A stretch of DNA of 64,000 nucleotides from an uncultured Desulfosarcina sp. Lineage in GTDB: Bacteria; Desulfobacterota; Desulfobacteria; Desulfobacterales; Desulfosarcinaceae. The position numbers and the translations under genes are program-made. Shown one piece after another: positions 39,441-49,322 of this stretch; within the stretch, counting starts at the first letter, position 1, and each line of letters opens with the position of its first letter. Location of the stretch: positions 1,952,001 through 2,016,000 of the forward strand of contig CAXXWQ010000004.1 of assembly GCA_963674945.2 (NCBI GenBank). The letters run 5' to 3'. The notes under the pieces were generated by a model that did not search any database, was not told the DNA's origin, and saw only the letters and a list, made by a program, of their open reading frames with translations.

Positions 39441-40202
39441 TCATGGGTAATCCTGACGCGTAGGACGGACAACGATGTCACTTATATGCACATGGGGCGG
39501 TTGCGTGACAATATGAAGTATCGCATCTGCAATGTCATCTCCAATCAGCAATGGGCCAAATTTTTTATGAAAGGCATTAACCATTTCGTCACTGTAACCG
39601 GCTGTCTCCTGAAACCCGCTTTGTACGATCCCCGGCGCAACGAGTGAAACGCGAACTCCTTTTGGGCCGAGTTCTCGCCGAAGACCTTCTGCCAGCGCAT
39701 GTACAGCAAATTTCGTAGCCCCGTATACTGCGCTGACCGGAGAAACATGTCGTCCGACAACCGATCCGATGATGACGATATCGGCCGCCGATTCGGGATA
39801 GGTGTTTTGTTGAAGCGCCACCATTTTCCTTGCCGCTTCTTGAATTAGAGCGAGCGCGCCGCTAACATTGATTTTTAATACTTCCTCAAACTGCTTTGCA
39901 TCGGCGTTTCTCACCGAACCGCCCAAACCTCTTCCCGCGTTGGCAACGACGATATCGGCCTCCTTTCCAAAGTGTTCCTTTGCCAAGGCAAAAAGTTGTT
40001 TCAATACAACAGTGTCGGCAGCATCCCCCGTGACACTGCAAAATGCATGACCGATTTCATTTTCAAGTGCGGCCAGTTTCTCAGCGTTTCGCCCATTTCC
40101 GACGACGCCAAAACCGGCAGCGACAAATTTTCTCATCGTTGCTTCACCAATACCGGAGGTAGTGCCGGTTATTATGGCAATCCGCTTACATTTGGTAGAC
40201 AT
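39441..40202 (-). CDS. Short-chain dehydrogenase/reductase
   Basis: ITGTTSGIG, VANAG, YGATK; start at ATG 40202 behind AGGAGG. Confidence 0.92.
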   Translation of the reverse strand: MSTKCKRIAIITGTTSGIGEATMRKFVAAGFGVVGNGRNAEKLAALENEIGHAFCSVTGDAADTVVLKQLFALAKEHFGKEADIVVANAGRGLGGSVRNADAKQFEEVLKINVSGALALIQEAARKMVALQQNTYPESAADIVIIGSVVGRHVSPVSAVYGATKFAVHALAEGLRRELGPKGVRVSLVAPGIVQSGFQETAGYSDEMVNAFHKKFGPLLIGDDIADAILHIVTQPPHVHISDIVVRPTRQDYP

Positions 40203-40408
40203 ACGATGTTCCCTCCTTGGAAAAAGATTGTTCGGCCAGATGCGAAGCCCAAACAATTGGCTGTTTGCACAGACAGCCCAATTGTTCCCGGGACAATGAT
40301 GAAAAACCATTCGTTTTGTTCTATTTTAACAAAAAATTGCCCATTTTCAATCCAAGAAACGCATCCCATCGTGACGGCCCCATGATACCACAACGTGGCA
40401 ATTTTTTC

Positions 40409-40437
40409 TTGACAACACATGCCTTATTGATTATTGT
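40409..40437 (+). promoter_or_regulatory. Probable sigma70 promoter of hisE-hisG
   Basis: TTGACA-N17-TATTGT. Confidence 0.55.
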
Positions 40438-40636
40438 TACACGCATACCCCACAAGCAGTACTCAATCCTTCTACCCTAGGCGACCCTGCCATATCACCC
40501 CACAACGGCAGGGTCGCCCTCCTTACCTTGACCAAGGCAAAAGCGGCACGTTGCCAGTTGCCGTCTTTTCTGGTATTAAAGCCAAAAAATCAAAAAACCG
40601 CGATACCAAACAGGTCGAGGGGTAACTTTTAGCCCG

Positions 40637-40900
40637 ATGAAGTCATTCGAAACACTATTTGCAGAACTCAAGGAAAAGGCCGTACGAAAGGATCCGGCGT
40701 CGGGAACGGTGCGGCAGTTGGAAAAAGGGATACACGCCATTGGCAAAAAAGTCATTGAAGAGGCCTGCGAGGTTTGGATGGCCGCCGAATACCAGGGAAA
40801 GGAACATACCGCGGTTGAAATTTCCCAACTGCTCTATCACATTCAGGTGATGATGATCGCCTGCGAATTGGACCTCGAGGACATCTACCGCCATCTGTAA
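40637..40900 (+). CDS. hisE: Phosphoribosyl-ATP diphosphatase
   Basis: SGT...[17 protein letters not shown]...EISQLLYH; 87 aa; adjacent to hisG. Confidence 0.92.
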   Translation: MKSFETLFAELKEKAVRKDPASGTVRQLEKGIHAIGKKVIEEACEVWMAAEYQGKEHTAVEISQLLYHIQVMMIACELDLEDIYRHL

Positions 40901-40992
40901 CCAGCAGTCAGACTCCATTGACCACTCACACGCCACTAATATTTCAACATTATCATAAGCCCCTTCGGTAAATAAAAGATGAAAGGGATTTT

Positions 40993-41847
40993 TTGACGAT
41001 GCTTAAGATTGCCCTTCCCAACAAGGGAACATTATCGGAAGAGGCCGTTCAACTGATTCGTGAGGCCGGCTATCACTGCCGCCGGTACAGCCGTGAACTC
41101 GTCGTCTTCGACGGTACCAATCAGGTTGAGTTCGTTTTCCTTCGCCCACGGGATATCGCCATCTACGTAAGCAACGGTATTTTGGATATGGGGGTAACGG
41201 GAAGGGATCTGGCCATGGACAGCGGCGCCGATGTGGTCGAACTATCGCCGCTGGGGTTCGGCAAATCCAATTTCTGTTATGCCATTTCCAAAGACGCCAA
41301 GCGCTTGCCCGACCATTTTGAAGGACTGCGCATCGCCACATCATATCCCCGGCTGGTCCATGACGATCTCGGGAAAAGGAATATCAACGCAAAGATTGTG
41401 CGCCTGGACGGGGCTGTCGAAATTTCCATTCGATTGGGTGTGGCTGACGCCATTGCCGATGTGGTTCAAACCGGCCGAACCCTTGAAGCGGCGGGACTCA
41501 AGGTCGTAGGTGACCCGCTGCTGCACAGCGAGGCTGTTCTCGTGGCACGCGACCATGAGATCGGACGACAGGCGAAGGTCCACACCTTTATGGAACGGAT
41601 ACAGGGTATCGTCGTAGCCCGGGAGTATGTCATGGTGGAATACGACATCCCGGAAAAAATGCTGGAAAAGGCCTGTGCCATCACACCTGGCATCGAATCG
41701 CCAACCATCTCCCCATTGAGCAGGAAAGGGTGGGTGGCGGTTAAGTCCATGTCTAAAAAATGCGACGTCAACCAAATCATGGATCGCCTATCTGATATCG
41801 GCGCCAAGGGAATCATCGTGACCGATATCCGTACATGCCGAATATAG
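40993..41847 (+). CDS. hisG: ATP phosphoribosyltransferase, long form
   Basis: IALPNKG, RPRDI, RIATSYP, DGAVE, ADVVQTGRTL, and the C-terminal regulatory domain PGIESPT. The start may be ATG 40999. Confidence 0.96.
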   Translation: MTMLKIALPNKGTLSEEAVQLIREAGYHCRRYSRELVVFDGTNQVEFVFLRPRDIAIYVSNGILDMGVTGRDLAMDSGADVVELSPLGFGKSNFCYAISKDAKRLPDHFEGLRIATSYPRLVHDDLGKRNINAKIVRLDGAVEISIRLGVADAIADVVQTGRTLEAAGLKVVGDPLLHSEAVLVARDHEIGRQAKVHTFMERIQGIVVAREYVMVEYDIPEKMLEKACAITPGIESPTISPLSRKGWVAVKSMSKKCDVNQIMDRLSDIGAKGIIVTDIRTCRI

Positions 41848-41910
41848 CAATACCTCATTTCAGTCCGCCCCCAGCAAAGAATTGCCCTGTTCCTGTCGTT
41901 GAATCATCTG

Positions 41911-41938
41911 TTGAAATGGATCAATCTATCCTTATAAT
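41911..41938 (+). promoter_or_regulatory. Probable sigma70 promoter
   Basis: TTGAAA-N16-TATAAT upstream of the rhodanese gene. Confidence 0.55.
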
Positions 41939-42031
41939 TACCACATTGTGATAGGTGCGCCATGCTGTCTGGAGAGGTTTCTCACTTGCCGACCCATCTT
42001 CGATGCACTGGAGGAAAGCACGGGAGGCGTT

Positions 42032-42448
42032 ATGGAAAGACGATGGAAAGGATATTTGGTGATCGTTATGGTGGTAATGACTGCTTCTTCGTTTTCTGTG
42101 GCCAATGTGGACCGCACCGATGATTGGTCCGTTTCGCCCGATCGGTTCAAGATGATGATCGATCGTCATCGGGGAGACGCGGACGTTGTGCTTTTGGACA
42201 TCCGCACCCCTGGTGAGTACGAAAGCGGTCACATCGATGGAGCGGTTTTGATGGATTATTACGCCCACGATTTCGCAGACCGGATAAAAGCCCTGGACTG
42301 GGACAAAACCTACCTGATTTACTGCCGTAGCGGGAACCGAAGTGGACGGAGTCTCACCATCTTTCGTCATTTGGGCTTTACCCGGACCTTTCACCTGGAT
42401 ACTGGCATTAAAGGATGGCTGCATCACGGATACAAAGTGGTCCGGTAG
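42032..42448 (+). CDS. Exported rhodanese-like domain protein
   Basis: Signal peptide; LLDIRTPGEYESGHIDGA, active-site YCRSGNRS; GGAGG RBS. Confidence 0.88.
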   Translation: MERRWKGYLVIVMVVMTASSFSVANVDRTDDWSVSPDRFKMMIDRHRGDADVVLLDIRTPGEYESGHIDGAVLMDYYAHDFADRIKALDWDKTYLIYCRSGNRSGRSLTIFRHLGFTRTFHLDTGIKGWLHHGYKVVR

Positions 42449-42463
42449 TGCTAACCCAAAGAT

Positions 42464-42505
42464 GATGATCTCGTAAAAAGTTGCTGATCGGACGGATTCG
42501 TAAAA
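42464..42505. repeat. Family A half element (two tandem arms, 27-bp period)
   Basis: gatgatctcgtaaaaagttgctgatcg-gacggattcgtaaaa. Confidence 0.78.
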
Positions 42506-42537
42506 GATAGCCAATGCCGGCCGATAGAGGAGACACC

Positions 42538-44721
42538 ATGAACCTTGAAAAAGCACTGGAAGAAATGACCCGACGCAGGGGTGACACCTATCGCCCGCGA
42601 ACCCGTCATTTGGACGATCAGGGAAAGCCTGTTTACACCAATCGCCTGTTTCTCGAATCCAGTCCTTACCTTCTTCAACATGCACACAATCCGGTAAATT
42701 GGTATCCCTGGGGAGACGAAGCCTTCTCGACCGCCGAACGCCTGGACCGTCCCGTGCTGCTGTCGGTGGGGTATGCCACCTGTCACTGGTGTCATGTCAT
42801 GGAGGAGGAATCCTTCGAGGATGAAGAAATCGCCCGATACATCAATGCGAACTATATCCCTGTAAAGGTCGATCGGGAGGAAAGGCCCGACGTGGACAGC
42901 GTTTACTTGAGTGCCGTCCAGGCAATTACCGGTCACGGTGGATGGCCCATGACCGTGTGGCTCACCCCCGAGGGAGATCCGTTTTACGGGGGAACCTACT
43001 TTCCGGCGAGGGATGGTGATCGGGGAACCCCCATGGGCTTTTTTACGATTTTGCAGAAAATTCGAGGAAGCTACGACCATCGCAAGGAATCGGTGTCCCG
43101 GTCCGCCGCACAACTGAAACAGGCGGTCCGTCAAATGCTCACACCGGTATCTGCAACGCGTCTTCCTGGGAAAGACGCCATCGACCGTGCCATTGCATCC
43201 TGTAAGCAGCGTTTCGACAGGGTGAACGGAGGAATCACCGGTGCCCCGAAATTCCCCAGTTCCCTGCCGATTCGCCTGCTTTTGCGGCAATCTTTTCGAA
43301 CGGGGGACGCCGAGAGCCGCGAGATGGCTGCGTTGACGTTGGAAAAAATGGCCGGTGGCGGCATATTCGATCAAGTGGGTGGCGGTTTTCACCGATATGC
43401 AACGGATGACCGGTGGCTGGTTCCCCACTTCGAAAAGATGCTCTACGACAACGCACTCTTGGTGCCCGCCTACATCGACGGGTGGAAGGCTTCAGGAAAC
43501 GAAAATTACCGACGCGTGGCAGAAAAAACCCTGGACTATGTGGCCCGCGAGATGACCGCACCGGGCGGTGCCTTTTTCTCTGCCACCGATGCGGATAGTC
43601 TGACGCCATCCGGTCATCGGAAAGAAGGATGGTTTTTCACCTGGACGATGGCAGAACTCCAAAGCGCTCTGGGTGAAGAAGATGCCCATATCGCCGCCAC
43701 TGTCTACGGGGCGAGCGCCGAAGGAAATTTCGAGGCAAGAAATGTCCTGTTCCTGCCCAAACCAACGGAGGAACTGGCCGATGATCTGGGCAGGAAACCG
43801 GATCGTTTGGTGTCGGACATGGATCGTATCAACCGGGTGCTGTATGCCACCCGCAAAAAGCGTCCCCATCCCCTTGTCGACGACAAGATCCTCGTTGCCT
43901 GGAACGGTTTGATGATCTCCGCCTTTGCCCAGGCCGGTTTTGCCATGAAACGCCCCCAACACCTCGAAAAAGCCGCTCAAGCGGCCGGCTTTATCCTGGA
44001 AAAGATGGCAGACGGTGGCAGGCTCAAACGGAGTTTCAAAGACGGCATTGCCGCCGGCAACGGTTTTCTCGACGATTATGCCTATCTCATCGCCGCTCTG
44101 TTGGACCTTTTTGAAACCACCGCAGCGCCCCACTGGTTGGATCATGCCGTCGAACTGAATGAAAAGTTGACCGATCGTTTTGCCGACCATGAAAATGGGG
44201 GCTATTTCATGACCGCTATGGACCACGAGCGATTGATCGCACGGGAAAAACCCATTGTCGACGGCGCGTTGCCATCGGCGAATGCGGTTGCCTTGCGGAA
44301 CCTGTTGCGCCTGAGTCTCTTGACTGCGGATACCGCCTATTTGGACCAGGCCCAAAAGGGACTGGCAGCCGTCTCTGTCGCCGTTGAGACCAGTCCGCTG
44401 GCATTCGGGGAGATGATTCTGGCCATCGACGATTTCTTTCATCCGGCAAGCCAGGTGATCGTCGTGAAGCCACTTGATGCGGGCGACGATTTACTCACCG
44501 ATCTAGTACGAACGGCCCATTGGCCCGGCGGCCTTGTGATGATCGTGACTGAAAAAGAAGCCTTGCACCTTGCCGAACGGCTCCCCTTGTTTCGGGGGAA
44601 AACGATCACACAGGGCAAAACGACTGCCTATGTGTGCCGAAACGGGTCGTGTCAACTGCCGGTGACGGATGCCGAAGCACTGATGGAAACAGTGGCCGTC
44701 TCACCGAAAAGAGGTGTTTGA
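42538..44721 (+). CDS. Thioredoxin-domain protein, YyaL/SSP411 (DUF255) family
   Basis: [50 protein letters not shown]. Confidence 0.93.
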   Translation: MNLEKALEEMTRRRGDTYRPRTRHLDDQGKPVYTNRLFLESSPYLLQHAHNPVNWYPWGDEAFSTAERLDRPVLLSVGYATCHWCHVMEEESFEDEEIARYINANYIPVKVDREERPDVDSVYLSAVQAITGHGGWPMTVWLTPEGDPFYGGTYFPARDGDRGTPMGFFTILQKIRGSYDHRKESVSRSAAQLKQAVRQMLTPVSATRLPGKDAIDRAIASCKQRFDRVNGGITGAPKFPSSLPIRLLLRQSFRTGDAESREMAALTLEKMAGGGIFDQVGGGFHRYATDDRWLVPHFEKMLYDNALLVPAYIDGWKASGNENYRRVAEKTLDYVAREMTAPGGAFFSATDADSLTPSGHRKEGWFFTWTMAELQSALGEEDAHIAATVYGASAEGNFEARNVLFLPKPTEELADDLGRKPDRLVSDMDRINRVLYATRKKRPHPLVDDKILVAWNGLMISAFAQAGFAMKRPQHLEKAAQAAGFILEKMADGGRLKRSFKDGIAAGNGFLDDYAYLIAALLDLFETTAAPHWLDHAVELNEKLTDRFADHENGGYFMTAMDHERLIAREKPIVDGALPSANAVALRNLLRLSLLTADTAYLDQAQKGLAAVSVAVETSPLAFGEMILAIDDFFHPASQVIVVKPLDAGDDLLTDLVRTAHWPGGLVMIVTEKEALHLAERLPLFRGKTITQGKTTAYVCRNGSCQLPVTDAEALMETVAVSPKRGV

Positions 44722-45789
44722 GTCAAAGATCATTTCCAATGCATCCATGAATTTGTGGTTAACCTTGTGAAGGGGGAGTCGACGTACGCCACGCAGTGTC
44801 GTCCAGCGATGCCCCTTGATATTTTTCAGTCGGACACGCCCCTTGGCATACCGACAAAGGTAGACATCGCAGGTCAAGGTAAAGTGGGTGTAAGCGTGGC
44901 GGATTCGTTTCAACACCCTCTCCACGGTGGTGGTCAGGCCGGTCTCTGAGGCCACAATCTTCTGAAAATCCTTCATGTCGGTTCGGCCGTCGATGGCATC
45001 GAAGGCCGGAAATTCCCACAATCCTGCCAGAAGCCCATTGTCCGGCCGCTGAACCACTAACATCTTTCCATTTTTTTCGATCACCGCGATACTTTGGTGA
45101 CGATGGGGAACCTTCCCCTTTGCCTTGCGCTTGGGATAATCGGTCGTCGTCTGATGACGATACGAAAGGCACAGGTCGGACAGGGGGCATATTTCGCATT
45201 CCGGCCGCTTGGGATGACAGACGAGCGCCCCCAGTTCCATGACGGCCTGGTTGAATGCCGCCGGGTGATCGGGGCAGAGCAGGTCCTGGGCCGGTACCTG
45301 GAACAATTTGTGCGCGTTTGCCGCATTAACGGGCACCCCCATTTCCAACAGCCGGGACAAAACCCGCTTGACGTTACCGTCCACCACGGCAATCGCATGA
45401 CCGAAGGCGATGCTCATGACGGCGGCGGAGATATAGTCTCCGACGCCGGGAAGGGATCGAAAATCCTCCGGATCACGGGGAACTTCCCCGTGAAAACGGG
45501 AGACCACCTGGCAGGCTGCGCGGTGAAGATTGCGGGCACGAGAATAATACCCCAATCCTTCCCATCCCTTGAGCACCATTTGAAGGTCGGCATCGGCAAG
45601 GTGTCGAGGCGTCGGAAATCGTTTCATGAAGCGCAGGTAATAGGGAACGGCGGCAGCCACCCGGGTCTGCTGTAACATCACCTCCGAGACCCAGATGGCC
45701 CAGGGATCGGTGGTATCCCGCCACGGCAAGGAACGCCGGCACTTTTCGTACCAGGCCAATAGTCTCTTGCGCAAAACGCGTTGCTCCAT
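44701..45789 (-). CDS. mutY: A/G-specific adenine glycosylase
   Basis: [35 protein letters not shown]-x6-C-x2-C-x5-C, GLWEFP. Confidence 0.96.
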   Translation of the reverse strand: MEQRVLRKRLLAWYEKCRRSLPWRDTTDPWAIWVSEVMLQQTRVAAAVPYYLRFMKRFPTPRHLADADLQMVLKGWEGLGYYSRARNLHRAACQVVSRFHGEVPRDPEDFRSLPGVGDYISAAVMSIAFGHAIAVVDGNVKRVLSRLLEMGVPVNAANAHKLFQVPAQDLLCPDHPAAFNQAVMELGALVCHPKRPECEICPLSDLCLSYRHQTTTDYPKRKAKGKVPHRHQSIAVIEKNGKMLVVQRPDNGLLAGLWEFPAFDAIDGRTDMKDFQKIVASETGLTTTVERVLKRIRHAYTHFTLTCDVYLCRYAKGRVRLKNIKGHRWTTLRGVRRLPLHKVNHKFMDALEMIFDSNTSFR

Positions 45790-45986
45790 TTCCGGTCGCT
45801 CTCCTTGGTAGCGGCTTCGCACCGGACATGTATCACAATCCGATCCGGACTGCCAGTTGGTGGATAAAGTAATCGATTCAAAAACCGATAATGGTGTTGT
45901 TCCCGCGACAATGCGCTTTCGATCACCGGCTCGTAGGACATGGTAGAAATTGTTTTATGTAATGCCCATGAAAGGAAATCCAGGCC

Positions 45987-47642
45987 ATGCCAGAAAATAT
46001 CGTCAATGACTTCTTGGAAGAACTACGATCATACCTGCAGCAAGAAAATGCAATAAAGGCCAAATTGGTGCTATCCAAGATCGATTCCGTTGACGATCGA
46101 ACCAGAAAGACAGCCCTGTTCGAACTCAACCGGGCCGAAGACACGTTCGCCATTGCGCTGATTGTCGACCTGATTGCCAAAAACCGTTCCCTTGCCCAAT
46201 CCTATCCCCAAATCAAGGAGATCCTGTACGCCAAAGCATTGTATCATCCGGAGCTTTTGCTCTCCATGATTATCCGTGAAGTCAAACGGGAAAACCGCGT
46301 GATCCTGATCGAGGTGGCCGGTGAAATTCGCCTGGAGGGGGCTGCCGAGGCACTCATTGGGATCCTCAACGAAGACCAGGATGAGACGGTCATCAGGGCC
46401 ATTATCTCCGCTTTAGGCCTTATCGGCGATACATCCGCCACCATTCCCATTTCGGAATACCTCTACTCCAACCATCTGGAGCTGACCATCGCCGCCATAT
46501 ACGCCTTGGGCCAGCTGGCAAACCCCACGGCATTTCAGCGGCTGTCGGAAAAGCTGGGAAGTGATCCCGATCTGGACATCATGATATTGGATGTATTTGC
46601 CACGGACCAAAGCCCCGAAGCCATAGAAAGACTCAACGAAGGACTCTCTTCCCACCATGCCCATTTGCGAAACGCGGCAAAACAACATCTGCGGAAGATG
46701 GACGGCAAGTCCGTACCCATTTTGATCGGTAATCTCCACCACGATGATCCGGACCTACTGATTCACACGATCAATATCCTGGGAGAAATCGGCGACGAAA
46801 GCGCCATTTTACCCATTCGCAAACTGCTTCACAATGAACCCAAAGATGCCAACGTCCGCTTCGCAGCATATGAGGCGCTGGGATTATTGCCTGTGGGGAA
46901 AAGCGCCTTTGTTCTGGCCCAGGGACTATCGGATCCCGTGGAGAATGTCCGCTCGGCGGCTGCCGGTGCAATCGACCGAAACTATAACGCAATGCTGGCC
47001 GCAGGTTTGAAAAACTTGGTTCGGTCCGGAGAAAAGGAAACCCTGCAAGTCGTCGAAGCGGTTCTCAATTCCGGGTGTGAACGGATATATTTGGATCTTA
47101 TCGGGGAAGCGACCTTCGAACGTTGTGCCCTGACCTATCTATCCAGGAATGCGCACCCGGATGTCCGCTCCCGTTTTATCCAGCTGATGAAACAAAACGG
47201 CCACGAATCCCTGGCAAATCGCGTCCTCGAAGGAATCAACGGTGGTGCGGCACCGAGATCGACCGTATATGTCGTCGACGACTCGAAAATGATTTTAAAC
47301 ATCTACAGGGGTATACTCCACCGTCTTGCGTGCGATTCCAAGATGTTCGAATTTCCCGCCGAGGCCATCGATGCTATTAAATCCGATCCACCGGATCTTA
47401 TTTTTACCGATCTGAACATGCCAAACATCAACGGCATCCAATTGATCCGGGAAGTTCGTCGCCATTTCGACAAGGATCGTCTTCCCATCGTCATGGTCAC
47501 CACGCAAAATGAAATGCAGGACAACGAGGCTGCCATGGCGGCAGGGGTCAATGCCATCTTACACAAGCCTTTCGACATCCAAACCCTTCAGCAAGCCATG
47601 GCAGAATTGGGAAAACTGCCGGCATCCCAATCCGCGGAGTAG
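45987..47642 (+). CDS. HEAT-repeat protein with a C-terminal response-regulator receiver domain
   Basis: Repeated VR.AA.EALG-type helices; receiver motifs VVDDS...TDLNMP...VMVT...KPF. Confidence 0.88.
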   Translation: MPENIVNDFLEELRSYLQQENAIKAKLVLSKIDSVDDRTRKTALFELNRAEDTFAIALIVDLIAKNRSLAQSYPQIKEILYAKALYHPELLLSMIIREVKRENRVILIEVAGEIRLEGAAEALIGILNEDQDETVIRAIISALGLIGDTSATIPISEYLYSNHLELTIAAIYALGQLANPTAFQRLSEKLGSDPDLDIMILDVFATDQSPEAIERLNEGLSSHHAHLRNAAKQHLRKMDGKSVPILIGNLHHDDPDLLIHTINILGEIGDESAILPIRKLLHNEPKDANVRFAAYEALGLLPVGKSAFVLAQGLSDPVENVRSAAAGAIDRNYNAMLAAGLKNLVRSGEKETLQVVEAVLNSGCERIYLDLIGEATFERCALTYLSRNAHPDVRSRFIQLMKQNGHESLANRVLEGINGGAAPRSTVYVVDDSKMILNIYRGILHRLACDSKMFEFPAEAIDAIKSDPPDLIFTDLNMPNINGIQLIREVRRHFDKDRLPIVMVTTQNEMQDNEAAMAAGVNAILHKPFDIQTLQQAMAELGKLPASQSAE

Positions 47643-47992
47643 TCGACGGCCACCCGCAAAGCGAACGGTTTGATGAAGCCCCCTTTTGAAGCAGGCTTGA
47701 AACCGGATTCATGAACTGCAATGATCACCAATGCGCCAATCCTGAACCCAACCGACGGAACCGGTGCCATGGCAAACCGGCCCCCAAATGTTTCGTTTGA
47801 CGGAAAACTTCAAAAAGCCTTCTAATCCCACCCTGCCAACTGTTATTTTTCGTTGTTTCTCGTTTGTTAAAAGACATATTTTATTGAGTCTTCGATTTGA
47901 TTTGACTGTGAATTATGAAAAATACAAATAGTAACATCTACTTTGTCTTTGAACCGAAACCTTCCTCACATCGCAAATACAAAGATCCTGAA

Positions 47993-49312
47993 ATGTCAAA
48001 AACGATTTTGCCATCCGTGAAAATCCCCGCCCTTATCAAACTCATCCTGTTGGTGACCGCCGTCATCCCTCCCCTCCCGCAGGCCCATGCCGAAAAGATT
48101 TTCTTCGCCGGGTACAAGGGGGGCTTCTATATCCGTTCCGAAGAGGAAGGGGGGATGGAGCTTCGGCTTGGCGGTGCCTTTCAAACCGACTACCGGTACT
48201 ATACGGAAAGCGAAAGGGCCGACGACCGTTTCGATGTTCGAAGGGCGAGACTTCGTTTCCAAGGTCAATTGACCCGATATTTTCGTTTTAAAATGGAGTA
48301 CGAGTTCGAGGGAAACGAAACCGACAACCTGGTCGATGCCTACGTGGATGCCCTTTTCGGTGCCAATGCACTTCGTTTCGGACAAACCAAGGCTCCCTTC
48401 AGCCTCGAATGGCAATCGGTGGACAAGGCACAGTTTTTTGCCGAACGGTCCATGGGATACGATCTCGGCCCCAAACGGGACATCGGCCTCATGTTCCACG
48501 GCACAGCCTTTCAAGATGCCCTGGTTTACGCCGCAGGACTCTTTAACGGCGACGGCGACGACGGCGACACATCCGGCCCCGAAAAGGACACGCCCGAAAT
48601 TGCGGCGCGAATCAACGTGTTGCCCTTCAAACGATCCCTGAATCCCTGGCTCAATGGCCTGCAGTTGGGCGGTGCCGCAACATATGCCGAAATCGATCCC
48701 ATCAATGTCGATTTGCGGGTGAAAAGTACCGGCATGGTCGGTACGAACCGAAACCTCTATCTCTTCAGCCACAACACCAAATTCGGCGTGATCCAGGACG
48801 TGGAAAAACGGTGGCGAATCGGTCTGGAAGGTGCATGGGCCGTGGGACCGGTGCTGTTCCAGGGAGAATTCATAACGCTGACCTATTCCGGCCTCGCGGC
48901 AGCCGGTGACAACCCGGACGATGCCGAGTTTTCGTCCTGGTATGCCAGTGCCATGTGGTGCGTTACCGGAGAGCGGCCCATTTTGTCCAAGGGTGTTGTG
49001 AAGCCCATCTATCCCCGGCGTTTTTTCAACCCCGGCGAGGGCACCTGGGGCGCACTGTGCATAGCGGCCCGGATCGATCATTTCGACGGAGACGAAAACT
49101 GGATCAATCCGGCGGCCCACGTCTCAGTGGATCGGGCCGATGCCATTAGCGTGGCCATCAACTGGGTACTGTATCCCATGGCCAGGGTGGTTCTGGATTA
49201 CTCCCACACCGACCTTTCCGATCCAATTCGGGTTCGTGTGCTGCCCGATGGCACAACCAATTATATCGACACGGAAAATGTTGCAACTTTACGATTCAGC
49301 ATTGACTTTTAA
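47993..49312 (+). CDS. Outer-membrane porin, OprO/OprP-like
   Basis: Signal peptide ending AHA; FDVRRARL, DAYVD, RFGQTKAPFSLE, RDIG, GLFNG; C-terminal Phe. Confidence 0.85.
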   Translation: MSKTILPSVKIPALIKLILLVTAVIPPLPQAHAEKIFFAGYKGGFYIRSEEEGGMELRLGGAFQTDYRYYTESERADDRFDVRRARLRFQGQLTRYFRFKMEYEFEGNETDNLVDAYVDALFGANALRFGQTKAPFSLEWQSVDKAQFFAERSMGYDLGPKRDIGLMFHGTAFQDALVYAAGLFNGDGDDGDTSGPEKDTPEIAARINVLPFKRSLNPWLNGLQLGGAATYAEIDPINVDLRVKSTGMVGTNRNLYLFSHNTKFGVIQDVEKRWRIGLEGAWAVGPVLFQGEFITLTYSGLAAAGDNPDDAEFSSWYASAMWCVTGERPILSKGVVKPIYPRRFFNPGEGTWGALCIAARIDHFDGDENWINPAAHVSVDRADAISVAINWVLYPMARVVLDYSHTDLSDPIRVRVLPDGTTNYIDTENVATLRFSIDF

Positions 49313-49322
49313 GGAGGTGAAG

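Noticed and set aside
40252..40286. Inverted repeat upstream of the SDR gene
   Set aside because: The palindrome is real (AACAATTGG/CCAATTGTT), but it is single-copy with no adjacent regulator, so no function can be assigned.
40434..40625. His-attenuator leader peptide before hisE
   Set aside because: The only candidate ORF has two scattered His codons and no His run.
42778..42795. CHWCH in YyaL as a heme c motif
   Set aside because: It is the conserved thioredoxin-like CxxC of the DUF255 family, and the protein has no export signal.
44701..44721. 21-bp convergent overlap of yyaL and mutY
   Set aside because: Short 3' overlaps of convergent genes are common; both proteins appear complete.
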